Shown: piece by piece, positions 24,943 to 34,605 of the stretch
Layout of the letters: every line of letters begins with the position of its first letter
Position numbering within the stretch: position 1 is the first letter of the stretch
From: an uncultured Chloroflexia bacterium
GTDB lineage: Bacteria > Chloroflexota > Limnocylindria > Limnocylindrales > CSP1-4
DNA: 64,000 bases
Direction: 5' to 3'
NCBI GenBank assembly: GCA_963746075.1
Contig: CAVUZY010000007.1
Span: 335,338 to 399,337 of the forward strand
Made by a program: the position numbers and the translations under genes
Notes under the pieces: generated by a model
Database searches by the model: none
What the model saw: only the letters and a program-made list of their open reading frames with translations
What the model was told of the DNA's origin: nothing

Positions 24943-26320
24943 GCCCCGCCCCGCACGCAGGCCATGGACGATCACCACCTTCGCCGCTGACGTGACGATC
25001 CCGATCGGCCACCCGTGCATGGGCGGGGGTTGGCGGTCGACCTCTCTCGTCGACCCGCTCGATGCCATCGGGTTTGTCCTGGCCGGCGGCGATCTTGCTC
25101 GGCCCGTCGTCCTGGTGTCGGTCGACTGGTGCGAGATCCGCAACGAAGCGTTCGACGCCTGGCGCGACGTCCTTGCCGAGGCCGCGGGGACGGATCGAGA
25201 ACGGGTTCTGGTGACGGCCGTCCACCAGCACGAGGCCCCGGTCGTCGATCCGCACGCCCAGCGCATCCTGGAGGCCGGCGGCGCGGCCGGCGCCGTCTGC
25301 GATCTGGCCTTCGCGGATTCCGCACTGGGGTCGGTGGCGGCCGCCCTTCGTGCAGCCCTGGGCCGGCCAGCGACGACCGTGACCCACCTCGGAATCGGAC
25401 GTGCGAGGGTCGAGCGGGTGGCATCCAACCGTCGATTCGAGCGAGCGGACGGCTCGATCTCGTACCACCGGACGAGCGCCTCGCACACGCCCGATGCCCA
25501 CGCCGCCGGCGAAGGGACCATCGATCCATGGCTGACGACGCTCAGCTTCTGGAACGAGGACGAGCCGGTGCTGGCGCTCAGCCACTACGCCGTCCATCCG
25601 ATGAGCTACTACGGCGACGGCGCCATCTCCGCCGACTTCATCGGGCTCGCCCGTCGCGCGCGCCAGACTGCCCTGCCGGGCGTCGTCCAGATCTACGCCT
25701 CGGGCTGCAGCGGCAACGTCACGGCCGGCAAGTACAACGACGGCGCCCCGGCGAACCGTCCGGTCCTGGCGCGCCGGATCGAGGACGCGATGGCCGCCGC
25801 CTGGGATGCGACTGAGCGTCACCCGCTCGAGCGATCTTCGTTCCGATCGATCCCGCTCCGGTTCGAGGCTCGACAAGGCGAGGGATCCGGCGCAGACGAG
25901 CTCTCGGCTCGGATCGAGACGGACCCGGAGCCATTCGGCCAGTCGCTCGCCGCGCTCGGTCTCAGCTGGCGTATCCGGACCGAGACTGGCCCGCCCGTCG
26001 ACCTGCCGGTCCTCGATCTCGGACCGGCGATCCTGACGCTCCTCCCCGGCGAGGCTTACGTCGAGTATCAGCTACGGGCTCAGGCCCTGCGGCCCGACGT
26101 GGTCGTCGTTGCGATCGGCTACGGCGAGTCGGGCACGGGCTACATCCCGACGGCCCTCCAGCGCGCCGAAGGCGACGAGAATCTCGGCGACTGGTGCTGG
26201 GTCGCGGACACGGCCGAGTCGATTCTGATGGCCGGGCTGGAAGCCGCCCTGGCGCCCACAGAGCCGCCCACAGAGCCGCCCGCAGCGCCGCCCGACGCCT
26301 GGCCGACGCCCCGGAACTAG
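24935..26320 (+). CDS. Neutral ceramidase-like (N-terminal domain type) hydrolase, paralogue 1
   Basis: The ATG overlaps the aadA-like gene by 8 nt. DVTIPIGHPCMGG...VSVDWCEI...RERVLVTAVHQHEAP is collinear with the ORF at 32503. C-terminal PTEPPTEPP comes from a 15-bp tandem repeat. Confidence 0.6.
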   Translation: MPEPRPARRPWTITTFAADVTIPIGHPCMGGGWRSTSLVDPLDAIGFVLAGGDLARPVVLVSVDWCEIRNEAFDAWRDVLAEAAGTDRERVLVTAVHQHEAPVVDPHAQRILEAGGAAGAVCDLAFADSALGSVAAALRAALGRPATTVTHLGIGRARVERVASNRRFERADGSISYHRTSASHTPDAHAAGEGTIDPWLTTLSFWNEDEPVLALSHYAVHPMSYYGDGAISADFIGLARRARQTALPGVVQIYASGCSGNVTAGKYNDGAPANRPVLARRIEDAMAAAWDATERHPLERSSFRSIPLRFEARQGEGSGADELSARIETDPEPFGQSLAALGLSWRIRTETGPPVDLPVLDLGPAILTLLPGEAYVEYQLRAQALRPDVVVVAIGYGESGTGYIPTALQRAEGDENLGDWCWVADTAESILMAGLEAALAPTEPPTEPPAAPPDAWPTPRN

Positions 26321-27324
26321 CCCGTCGGCCGCGGGCGATCGCGCCGCTGGTCGAGATCGACCGGGTCGCCGAAGTCGACCGAGACGGGAACCTCGCCATC
26401 GGAGCCTGAGCCGCTCCGCAGGGCGATCAGGCCGCCGACCGAGATCGCGATCGCGCCGGCGACGGCCTGCGGCTGCATGGCCTCGCCAAAGATGATCGCG
26501 CCACTCAGGAACGACCAGACGAGACCGAGGTACCCAAGCGGAGCAAGATCGCTCGCCCGCCCCCAGCGGTACGCCCCCACGAGAAGGCGGTGCCCGGTGA
26601 GGGACGTCAGGCCGACGACGCCGATCCCGAGCCACTGGATCGGGCTGGGCAGCGGGTCGCGTGGAACGATGGCGAACAGGACCGCCGCGGCGATCATGCT
26701 GACGAGGCCCGAGTAAAACAGGGTTACCTCGGGCGGCTCCGCCTGGAGGACGCGGGTGAGCAGACTGAACAGGGCGTAGGACGTCGCAGCGCCGAGCGGC
26801 GCGAGGTGGGCAAGGTCGAAGTGACTCGGGTCGAGGCCGACAAGGATCACGACGCCCGCGAACCCGATCACCGCCCCGGCGACCGCCGTTCGAGCGACGC
26901 GCTCGCCGAGGATCGGGCTCGCCAGCCCGACGACGATGAGCGGCGTCGTCGAGGCCAGAGTGCTGACCTCGGCCAGGGGCAGCAGGGACAGCGACAGGAA
27001 GAACGACGCGGTCGACCCGAACATCACGATTCCCCGGACGACCTGGCTGCCGCGCCTGGCTGACACAAACAGCCGCCGTGGCGTCCGTCGCCCGGCGAGG
27101 ATCACCACGGCAACGAGATACGCGACGTGGCGACCGAAGATGACATCGACCACTGGCACGTTCGAGACCAGCGTCTTTGTCAGCGAATCGGTCGCGGTGA
27201 ACACGAGGCCCGCGACGATGAAGATCAGCGCGCCGCGACGCGCCGGCGAGAGGCGGTCCAGCCACGCCGAGCGCGCGTCGTCGGGTGGCCGGCGGGAGGC
27301 GTCGGCACGGTCGGTTGCGGTCAC
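26317..27324 (-). CDS. EamA/DMT-family transporter
   Basis: 335 aa with about 10 hydrophobic helices in two EamA-like halves. GTG start. Confidence 0.8.
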   Translation of the reverse strand: MTATDRADASRRPPDDARSAWLDRLSPARRGALIFIVAGLVFTATDSLTKTLVSNVPVVDVIFGRHVAYLVAVVILAGRRTPRRLFVSARRGSQVVRGIVMFGSTASFFLSLSLLPLAEVSTLASTTPLIVVGLASPILGERVARTAVAGAVIGFAGVVILVGLDPSHFDLAHLAPLGAATSYALFSLLTRVLQAEPPEVTLFYSGLVSMIAAAVLFAIVPRDPLPSPIQWLGIGVVGLTSLTGHRLLVGAYRWGRASDLAPLGYLGLVWSFLSGAIIFGEAMQPQAVAGAIAISVGGLIALRSGSGSDGEVPVSVDFGDPVDLDQRRDRPRPTG

Positions 27325-27331
27325 GCGCCGG

Positions 27332-28663
27332 TCAGATCGGCAACGGGTCGGTTAGCCCGTCGGCGTCGTCCAGTCCGATCGGCATCGGCTCGGCCACGAT
27401 CTCGCAGCGGCCGCCCGCGCGCAGCTCCGGAAGCAGCGCCTCGCTCGCGTAGAACCAGCCGAGGTGCTTGGTGTCCACGATCCGCACGATCCGCGCCTTC
27501 GGGACGGTGACGTTCAGGCAGCAGGCCACGGCCACGTCGATCGCCTGGCGGTCGGTGTCGACCATCAGGGCGATCCGGGCGCCTTCCGGCGTCTTGGCCG
27601 TGATGCAGTTCATGTAGGTCGACACGGCATCCATCCGGTCCACGGCGCGCCGGACCACAACGTCGGCCATGCCGATCCCGACGGCGTTGCCGTCCGTCTC
27701 GTCGCTCAGATCGCGGACGACGATCCGCTGGATCGCGGGACCTCGGCCGGTCGGCCCGGTGTAGTAGCGCCCGACGACATTCGAATCCATGCCCAGGCCG
27801 CTGATGTCTTTCCCGATCTGGTCGAGGACCAGCACGTCGAGGTCGGCGATGGGCAGCCGGGCGAGGAACTGATCGGCCTCGTCGCGCAGGACCCGCTCGC
27901 GCTCGTACATCGTCTCCGCCGGGACGGCCTCGATCCGCCGCAGCCGGGCGTGCCCGTTCTCGAGCAGGGCAAGCCCGAACGGGATGTTCACCGCGGCCAG
28001 GCTGGAAGCCGCAACCTTCGGAATCAGCTCGGCGAACTGGGCAAACCCGCGGCCGTGGAAGAGATCGGCTCCGACCTGCTTTGAGAGGCCGATCGCGATC
28101 ATCTTCAAGAGCCCGCTCTCGACCGGGCCGGTGAAGTCGGTATGCGGCTTCACGCGGTTGATCGGGACGATCACGTCCGCCTCCTCGACGGCGTGGCGGT
28201 CGAGGACGACCGGGATCCCGTCGACCTCGCCGATCCGGACGACCTCCATGCTTGAGCGGATCTCGGCCCCGATGCTCGCTTCGGTGACGCCGAGGGACGC
28301 CAGGACGGCAAGCTGACCTTCGGCCGTCGCCCCGCCGTGGCTGCCCATCGCCGGGACCACGAAGACCGTCGCGCCCGCTACCCGAGCGGCGGCTACGGCC
28401 GCCGCGGTGACCTCGCCGATCCGGTCGATCCCCCGGCTGCCGACCGCGAGGCAGACGCGTTGACCGGCCTGGATCCGGTCGGCGACCTGGCCGAACGCCG
28501 CGTGAACCGCCGCCGCGACGTCCTCGAGCTCCGCCGGATCGATCCGATTGCGGACGAGCGCCCAGCGCGGCAGGTCCGGATGGCGAAACAGCGCGAGTGG
28601 GTCTGAGGCGCCTGGATCGGCGCCCGCGAGCACGGGCAGGTCGTCGGGCTCGAAGGGGGCCAT
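27332..28663 (-). CDS. LarA-like / DUF2088-type protein (tentative)
   Basis: 443 aa from ATG 28663, 2 nt after the SDR stop. Blocks VGSRGI and VVPAMGSHGGATAEGQ. The family assignment is from memory only. Confidence 0.55.
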   Translation of the reverse strand: MAPFEPDDLPVLAGADPGASDPLALFRHPDLPRWALVRNRIDPAELEDVAAAVHAAFGQVADRIQAGQRVCLAVGSRGIDRIGEVTAAAVAAARVAGATVFVVPAMGSHGGATAEGQLAVLASLGVTEASIGAEIRSSMEVVRIGEVDGIPVVLDRHAVEEADVIVPINRVKPHTDFTGPVESGLLKMIAIGLSKQVGADLFHGRGFAQFAELIPKVAASSLAAVNIPFGLALLENGHARLRRIEAVPAETMYERERVLRDEADQFLARLPIADLDVLVLDQIGKDISGLGMDSNVVGRYYTGPTGRGPAIQRIVVRDLSDETDGNAVGIGMADVVVRRAVDRMDAVSTYMNCITAKTPEGARIALMVDTDRQAIDVAVACCLNVTVPKARIVRIVDTKHLGWFYASEALLPELRAGGRCEIVAEPMPIGLDDADGLTDPLPI

Positions 28664-28665
28664 CG

Positions 28666-29442
28666 TCAGATCGTCATCGCGCTGAACCCGCCGTCGACCC
28701 GGATGATCGCGCCCGTCACGAAGCCCGACGCCCGCTCGGAGGCCAGCCAGACCGCAGTCCCGACGAGCTCGTCCGGCTCGCCGAGCCGGCCGGCCGGCGT
28801 ATGGCCGAGGATCGAGCGGACGCGATCCTCGGACAGGAGCTTGCGGTTCTGTTCGGCTGGAAAGAAGCCCGGCGCGATCGCGTTGACCCGGATCCGATTC
28901 GGTGCGAGCTCGCGGGCCAGGAACTGGGTGAGGCTGTTCAGTCCGGCCTTCGCGACCGAGTAGGTCAGGACCCGCGAGAGGGGCGGACCCGACGACGCCG
29001 ACGAGAAGTTGATGATCGAGCCGCCGCGGCCGGCATCGACCATCGCCCGCCCGAAGATCTGGCAGGCCAGGAACACCGACGTGAGGTTCGCGTCGAGGAT
29101 CCGCCGCCATTCCTCGCCGTCGATGTCAAAGAACGGCGTCGCGCTGTTGAGGCCGGGTGCGTTGACCAGGATGTCAATCGGCCCGAGCCCGTCCATGATC
29201 ACTGTGCGGGCTTGCTCGAGCGAAGCCGCGTCGACCGCATCCGCCAGGACCGCGATCGCGCGATGGCCGTCGGCTTCGAGCGCCGTCACCCGCGCGTCTG
29301 ACCGCTCCGGCGAGCGGCCCACAACGGCGACCGCAGCACCTGCGTCGGCCAGGCCGTGGCAGATCGCCCCGCCGAGGACCCCGGTTCCACCGACCACGAC
29401 CGCGACGCGTCCCGTGAGATCGAACAGACCGCCCTCGGTCAT
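28666..29442 (-). CDS. Short-chain dehydrogenase/reductase (SDR)
   Basis: VVVGGTGVLGGAI (TGxxxGxG), NAPG, and the catalytic YSVAKAG (YxxxK). Confidence 0.88.
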   Translation of the reverse strand: MTEGGLFDLTGRVAVVVGGTGVLGGAICHGLADAGAAVAVVGRSPERSDARVTALEADGHRAIAVLADAVDAASLEQARTVIMDGLGPIDILVNAPGLNSATPFFDIDGEEWRRILDANLTSVFLACQIFGRAMVDAGRGGSIINFSSASSGPPLSRVLTYSVAKAGLNSLTQFLARELAPNRIRVNAIAPGFFPAEQNRKLLSEDRVRSILGHTPAGRLGEPDELVGTAVWLASERASGFVTGAIIRVDGGFSAMTI

Positions 29443-29546
29443 GGCACCTCCCTCTCGTCGGACCCGGTCATCGCGTTGTGGGCTGTCGGCGTCTGGCCTG
29501 GTCCGACGGAGCCGCCGGACCGGGCAATCTCACCTTGCGGGCCCCG

Positions 29547-29570
29547 TGTCCGAGGGTCTACTGTAGGACA
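29547..29570 (+). promoter_or_regulatory. Operator-like 24-bp dyad (site C) in the SDR/cupin divergent region
   Basis: TGTCCGAGGGTCTACTGTAGGACA. It shares 16/24 invariant positions with the two sites at 38442-38576. Confidence 0.5.
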
Positions 29571-29605
29571 ATCAACCACTGTTGGTGTCCGGAGGATGCA
29601 GGTCC

Positions 29606-30085
29606 GTGCCTCGCTACGTGTACGACACGCGCCAAGTGGTTCGCTACCGGTTTCCGACCCACACGAACGATCTCATCATGGATCGCCGCGACGGTGCTGC
29701 GTCGGAGGCGTTCTTCGTCATTCTGGAGCCTGGTGAGGCGCCCCCGCTCCACGTCCATGACGACGCCGAGCAGGTCTTCTACATCCTGGCCGGCACGGCC
29801 GAGTTGACGATCGGGCGCGAGGCCCAGGAGCGGTTTCGGGTCGCGGTGGGCGACGTTATCCGCACGCCGCCCGGGACGTGGCACTCCATCCGTTGCGACG
29901 GCCCGGAGCGCCTGGTCTACCTCAGCATCGACTGCTTCACCGCCGGGCCGCCGGCGGCCGAGCCCACGTGGGACAGCCACGTCCGGGCGATGTGCGAGCT
30001 CAACGGTTGGGACTTCGACGCCGTCCGCCTGGGCCCGATCGACAGCTCATCGAGTGCGCCGCGGAGCCCAGTGCCCCCTTCCTGA
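29606..30085 (+). CDS. Cupin-domain protein
   Basis: PLHVHDDAEQVFYILAGTAEL...PPGTWHSI (cupin motifs 1 and 2). GTG 29606 is preceded by GGAGGA. Confidence 0.7.
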   Translation: MPRYVYDTRQVVRYRFPTHTNDLIMDRRDGAASEAFFVILEPGEAPPLHVHDDAEQVFYILAGTAELTIGREAQERFRVAVGDVIRTPPGTWHSIRCDGPERLVYLSIDCFTAGPPAAEPTWDSHVRAMCELNGWDFDAVRLGPIDSSSSAPRSPVPPS

Positions 30086-30133
30086 TCCCATCTCCGAACG
30101 TCATCCAAGCGACCCGTCCAATCGAGGCAGAAC

Positions 30134-30460
30134 GTGATCATTCAACTCGACGGCGTCCTGCCGAATCCCGAGAGCTACGCGGACTATCGTCCGATCTTCG
30201 AGACCTCGCGGCTGAACGTGACCCACGTTCGGATCAAGCCGGGCGAAACCGTCCCGAGCCACGTCCACGACGACGAGGACCAGGTCTACTGGGTCGCCAG
30301 CGGCGAAGGGTACGTCGAGCTCGCTGGCGTCCGCACGCCCGTTGGCCCGGAGACCGGCGTGCTCATCCCGCTTGGCACGGAGCATGCGATCACGAACACC
30401 GGGGCGGGGCCGCTCGACTACGTGTTCTTTGTCGTGTTCATCCCGGAGCACGCAGGGTGA
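30134..30460 (+). CDS. Cupin-domain protein
   Basis: 108 aa. PSHVHDDEDQVYWVASGEGYV...PLGTEHAITN. Confidence 0.75.
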   Translation: MIIQLDGVLPNPESYADYRPIFETSRLNVTHVRIKPGETVPSHVHDDEDQVYWVASGEGYVELAGVRTPVGPETGVLIPLGTEHAITNTGAGPLDYVFFVVFIPEHAG

Positions 30461-31233
30461 GCACCGGCCCGTACGAGCTGCGGCGCGACCAGCTCCGCGT
30501 GGTGGTCAGCGACGACCGAGCAGCCCTCGGCGAGGCAGCGGCAACCTACGTCGCCGACCGGATGCGGGTACTGCTCCAATCCCAGGCCCGAGTCCGGGCG
30601 ATCTTCGCCGCGGCGGCATCGCAGCTCGAGTTCCTTGCGGCCTTGGCCCGGGCCGAGGGAATCGACTGGGCCCGGGTCGAGGCGTTCCACCTCGACGAGT
30701 ACGTCGGCCTTGCGCCCGGGGATCCACGGTCCTTCGGGCAGTGGCTCGACGACCACATCTTCTCCCTTGTCCACCCCGGTCGGGTGGAGCTGATGAACGG
30801 GGACGCCCCGGACCCCGCTGCCGAGAGCGCGCGGTACGGTGCGCTCCTCCGCGATGGCGGGCTCGACCTGGCCCTGATCGGGATCGGTGAGAACGGCCAC
30901 CTCGCCTTCAACGACCCGCACGTGGCCGAGTTCGACGACCCGGAGGCGGTCAAGCCCGTCGAGATCGACGACATGAGCCGCCATCAGCAGGTCCGCGACG
31001 GGGCCTTCCCGGCATTCGAGGCGGTGCCCCGCACGGCGCTGACTGTGACGATGTCGGCGATTCTCGCCAGCCGGGCGATCTCGGTCGTCGTCCCCGGCCC
31101 GCACAAGGCCTCCGCGGTCGCGCGCACCCTCGACGGTCCGATCGAGACGAACTGCCCCGCGTCGGCCCTGCGCCGGCACCGCGATGCCGTCCTGTTCGTG
31201 GATCGGGCGGCGATGGCGGCGGCGGCCGTCTGA
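30457..31233 (+). CDS. Glucosamine-6-phosphate deaminase/isomerase family (NagB/6-phosphogluconolactonase fold)
   Basis: GTGA overlap with the upstream cupin gene. Blocks FHLDEYVG and IGIGENGHLAFNDP. Confidence 0.8.
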   Translation: MSTGPYELRRDQLRVVVSDDRAALGEAAATYVADRMRVLLQSQARVRAIFAAAASQLEFLAALARAEGIDWARVEAFHLDEYVGLAPGDPRSFGQWLDDHIFSLVHPGRVELMNGDAPDPAAESARYGALLRDGGLDLALIGIGENGHLAFNDPHVAEFDDPEAVKPVEIDDMSRHQQVRDGAFPAFEAVPRTALTVTMSAILASRAISVVVPGPHKASAVARTLDGPIETNCPASALRRHRDAVLFVDRAAMAAAAV

Positions 31234-31288
31234 CCGGATCGTCCATGGCCGAGAGGTCGGCCGCACAGGTGATGGGAGGCAACGCTCG

Positions 31289-32506
31289 GTGACGAAGCTC
31301 GCGATCGACGGTGGGAGCCCGGTCCGGACCGCGCCGTTCGGCGGCTGGCCGGAGTTCGGTCCGGAAGAGGAGGAGATCGTCCTGGCGGCCCTCCGGTCCG
31401 GCCACTGGGGATCGCTCGATGGGACCTACGTCGACCAGCTCGAGGTCGAGTTCGCCGCCCTCCAGGACGCCCGCCACGGCGTCAGCACGGTCAACGCGAC
31501 GATGGGTCTCGCCGTCGCACTGCGCGCGCTCGGGATCGGGCCCGGCGACGAGGTCATCGTGCCGCCGTACACCTTCATCGCCACCGCCAGCGCCGCCCTG
31601 ATGCTCGGCGCGGTCCCGGTCTTCGTCGACGTCGATCGCGAGACGCTCCTGATCGATCCGGCCGGGATCGATGCGGCCGTGACGAGCCGGACGAAGGCGA
31701 TCATCCCCGTCCACCACGGCGGCTCGCCGGCCGACATGGACGGCGTCATGGCGGCCGCCCGGAGGCATGGCCTGCGCGTCGTCGAGGACGCGGCTCAGGC
31801 CCACGGTGCGGCCTGGCGAGGCCGGCCGGTCGGGGCGATCGGCGACATCGGCGTCTTCAGCTTCCAGTCGACGAAGCCGATCAACGCCGGTGAGGGCGGG
31901 ATGATGGTCACCGACGACGATGAGCTCGACGAGTTGCTGTGGTCGCTGCGCAACGTCGGCCGGCGCCGTGGCGGCGCCTGGTACGAGCACGTGCGTCTCG
32001 GCTGGAACCTCCGGCTGAGCGAGCTCCAGGGAGCCCTCCTGCTGGCCCAGATGCGCCGCATGCCGGCCCAGCAGGCACGCCGGACGGCGGCCGCGGCGTG
32101 GCTGGACACGACCCTCGCGGCGATCCCCGGCGTCGTGCCGTTGAAGGTCCCGGAAGGAGTCACCGCCCACAGCTGGTACACGTATCACTGGCGCTGGCTC
32201 GGTGCGGCCGAGGGCGGCCTGCCGAAGGCCGAGTTCGCCGACGCCCTGCGGGCCGAGGGCATCCCTCTCTTCAGCGGCTACACGCCGCTCAATCGGAACG
32301 AGGCCATCCGCGCGGAGATCCGGCAACTCGGCGGCGCCGAGCCCGCCCCCTGCCCGAACGCCGAGCGGGCGGAGGCCGACGAGATCCTGATGTTCGCCAT
32401 GCCGATCCTGCTCGGCGGGCCGGAAGACCTCGAGGATGTCGCCCGGGCCGTCGCCAAGGTGGCCGGCGTCCGGGTCGCTCCGGCCATGCCGGTGGCCCAC
32501 GGATGA
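31289..32506 (+). CDS. DegT/DnrJ/EryC1/StrS-family PLP aminotransferase
   Basis: GGGAGG Shine-Dalgarno before GTG 31289. Blocks VIVPPYTFIATA, EDAAQAHG and FSFQSTKPINAGEGG. Confidence 0.85.
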   Translation: MTKLAIDGGSPVRTAPFGGWPEFGPEEEEIVLAALRSGHWGSLDGTYVDQLEVEFAALQDARHGVSTVNATMGLAVALRALGIGPGDEVIVPPYTFIATASAALMLGAVPVFVDVDRETLLIDPAGIDAAVTSRTKAIIPVHHGGSPADMDGVMAAARRHGLRVVEDAAQAHGAAWRGRPVGAIGDIGVFSFQSTKPINAGEGGMMVTDDDELDELLWSLRNVGRRRGGAWYEHVRLGWNLRLSELQGALLLAQMRRMPAQQARRTAAAAWLDTTLAAIPGVVPLKVPEGVTAHSWYTYHWRWLGAAEGGLPKAEFADALRAEGIPLFSGYTPLNRNEAIRAEIRQLGGAEPAPCPNAERAEADEILMFAMPILLGGPEDLEDVARAVAKVAGVRVAPAMPVAHG

Positions 32507-33798
32507 AGGTCGGCGCGGCACGGGTCGAGATCACGCCGCCCCCCGGCCTGGCCATGGACGGCTACGGCATCCGGGCGGCCGGCGCGACCGACGCTCACGA
32601 CCCGCTCCACGTCCGCGCGATCGTCGCCGAGGGTGCGGATGGCACCGCGGTGGCCATCGTCGTCGCCGACCTTCTCCACGTCGGGCCGCGTCTCCAGGCG
32701 GACGTCGCCGAACACGTCCTGCGCACGACCGGGATCGCCCGTGAACGCCTCCAGCTCGTCGGGACCCACACCCACAGCGGGCCGGCGTTCGACGAGCCGT
32801 CGGACGCCGAGCGGGCGGTCGGCGAGCGGATCGGCGCGGCGGTCGAGACGGCCTGGCAGGACCGGCGATCGGCCCGCGCGGCGGTTGGGGTCGGCACCGT
32901 CCAGGGCATCGGTAAGAACCGCCGCCCGAGTGGCGGCCCGGTCGACGATCGGGTGACCGTGACCCGGTTCGACGACCACGCCGGCCAACCGATCGCGACC
33001 CTCGTGAACTACGGCTGTCATCCGACCACCCTGGGCCCGGACAATCTGCGCTACTCGGCCGACTACCCGGGGGTCGTCTGCCGCCTGCTCGACGAGGCCG
33101 TTGGCGGCGTCAGCGTGTTCACGACCGGTCCCCAGGGCGACGTCAACCCGGGCGGCTACTCGCCCGAGGGCAGCATGATCGGGATCGTCGTCCCGTGGCG
33201 GACGTTCGAATCGGCCGATCGCTACGGCCACCTGGTCGCCGACTGCGCCGCCGCGGTCCACGCCAGCCTCTCCCCGCGGGACGAGCCGCGCGACCGGGTG
33301 TGGGCAGCCGCGGAGACCCTCCAGCTGGCCCGCAAAGACCTGCCCGATGCGGCGGAGGCCCGTGCGGCGACGGCGCTGGCTCGGTCGGCCGAGGAGGCGA
33401 TCCGCGCCGCCGGACTGTCGCGCGATGCCATCGATCATGCGGCAACGGCCACGGCCTACGCCGACCTGCTGGCCGGTCAGGCCGGCGACCCCGAGCGCGA
33501 TCATCCGGTCGCCCTGCGGATCAGCGCCATCGGGATCGGGCCGCTCGTCCACGTCGGCGTCCAGGGCGAGCTCTTCGTCGCCCTCGGCCAGCGCATCCGC
33601 GAACGCCTGGACCCCGATCGGACCTGCATCGCCGCCCTGTGCGACGGGACCGTCGGCTACATCCCGACCGAGGCGGCCTTCGCCGAGGGCGGCTACGAGC
33701 CGAATGCGAGTGTCCTCCGGCCGGGCGAAGGCGAGCGTCTGGTCGACGCGGTCGTCGGGCTCGTCGAACGATCCGCCGCGCCGTCACCCGTCCATTGA
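32503..33798 (+). CDS. Neutral ceramidase-like (N-terminal domain type) hydrolase, paralogue 2
   Basis: ATGA overlap with the upstream gene. MKVGAARVEITPPPGLAMDGYG...HDPLHVRAIV...VGTHTHSGP. Confidence 0.7.
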   Translation: MKVGAARVEITPPPGLAMDGYGIRAAGATDAHDPLHVRAIVAEGADGTAVAIVVADLLHVGPRLQADVAEHVLRTTGIARERLQLVGTHTHSGPAFDEPSDAERAVGERIGAAVETAWQDRRSARAAVGVGTVQGIGKNRRPSGGPVDDRVTVTRFDDHAGQPIATLVNYGCHPTTLGPDNLRYSADYPGVVCRLLDEAVGGVSVFTTGPQGDVNPGGYSPEGSMIGIVVPWRTFESADRYGHLVADCAAAVHASLSPRDEPRDRVWAAAETLQLARKDLPDAAEARAATALARSAEEAIRAAGLSRDAIDHAATATAYADLLAGQAGDPERDHPVALRISAIGIGPLVHVGVQGELFVALGQRIRERLDPDRTCIAALCDGTVGYIPTEAAFAEGGYEPNASVLRPGEGERLVDAVVGLVERSAAPSPVH

Positions 33799-33827
33799 CC
33801 ACACCGCCCGCCATTGGAGAGCCAGCG

Positions 33828-34583
33828 ATGACCGCCATCCACCGGACGTACCTCGAGCGAGCCGTCGCGATCCTCACCCGCATCGCCGACGAGGAGGGCG
33901 ACGCGATCCTGAAGGCTGCAGCGGCCGTCGCGGACCGGATCGCGGAGGATCGCCTGATCTACGTGATCGGGCCGGGCGGCCACTCCCAGATCGGTGCCGA
34001 GGAGGTCTTCTCGCGGGCCGGCGGGCTGGCCGCGATCAGCGCCTTCATCGACGACGGGTTCTATCTCGGCCACGGCTCCGCCAGGTCGATGGCGATCGAG
34101 CGGACCCCCGGCTACGCCCGGGCGATCCTGGGCGACTCCGAGATGGGCGCCGGCGACGTGCTCTTCATCGTCAACGCCTACGGGATCAACGCGGCGACGA
34201 TCGACAGCGCGGACTACGCCCGGGAACACGGCGTGCTGTCCGTCGGGGTGACCTCGATCGAGAACCAGCGCGGGCTGCCGCAGGGTCACCCGAGCCGTCA
34301 TCCGACGAACCGCGACCTATGCGACATCGTCGACATCGTCATCGACACGAAGATGCCCTCGGGCGACGCGCTCATGAGCATCGACGGCGTCAGCGAGAAG
34401 GTGGGACCGGTCTCGACGATGGTCAACGCCTTTGCGATGAACTCGGTCATGGTCGAAGCGGTCGCCGAGCTTGCCAAGCGGGGCATCGAGCCGCCGGTCT
34501 GGCGGAGCTCGAACAGCCCGGGCGGCGACGAGGCCAACGTCGCGGTCACCGCGCGCTACAAGTCCCGGGTCAAAGGTCTCTAG
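33828..34583 (+). CDS. SIS-domain protein (UPF0309-like)
   Basis: AAAAVADRIAEDRLIYVIGPGGHSQIGAEEVFSRAGGL is collinear with the UPF0309 SIS proteins I recall. GGAGA Shine-Dalgarno. Confidence 0.75.
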   Translation: MTAIHRTYLERAVAILTRIADEEGDAILKAAAAVADRIAEDRLIYVIGPGGHSQIGAEEVFSRAGGLAAISAFIDDGFYLGHGSARSMAIERTPGYARAILGDSEMGAGDVLFIVNAYGINAATIDSADYAREHGVLSVGVTSIENQRGLPQGHPSRHPTNRDLCDIVDIVIDTKMPSGDALMSIDGVSEKVGPVSTMVNAFAMNSVMVEAVAELAKRGIEPPVWRSSNSPGGDEANVAVTARYKSRVKGL

Positions 34584-34605
34584 GTCAGCAGGAGCACCTC
34601 CCACC

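Noticed and set aside
22194-26320. Integrated mobile element at tRNA-Lys
   Set aside because: I could find no integrase, excisionase, transposase or direct repeat of the tRNA 3' end by eye. It is kept only as a low-confidence accessory block.
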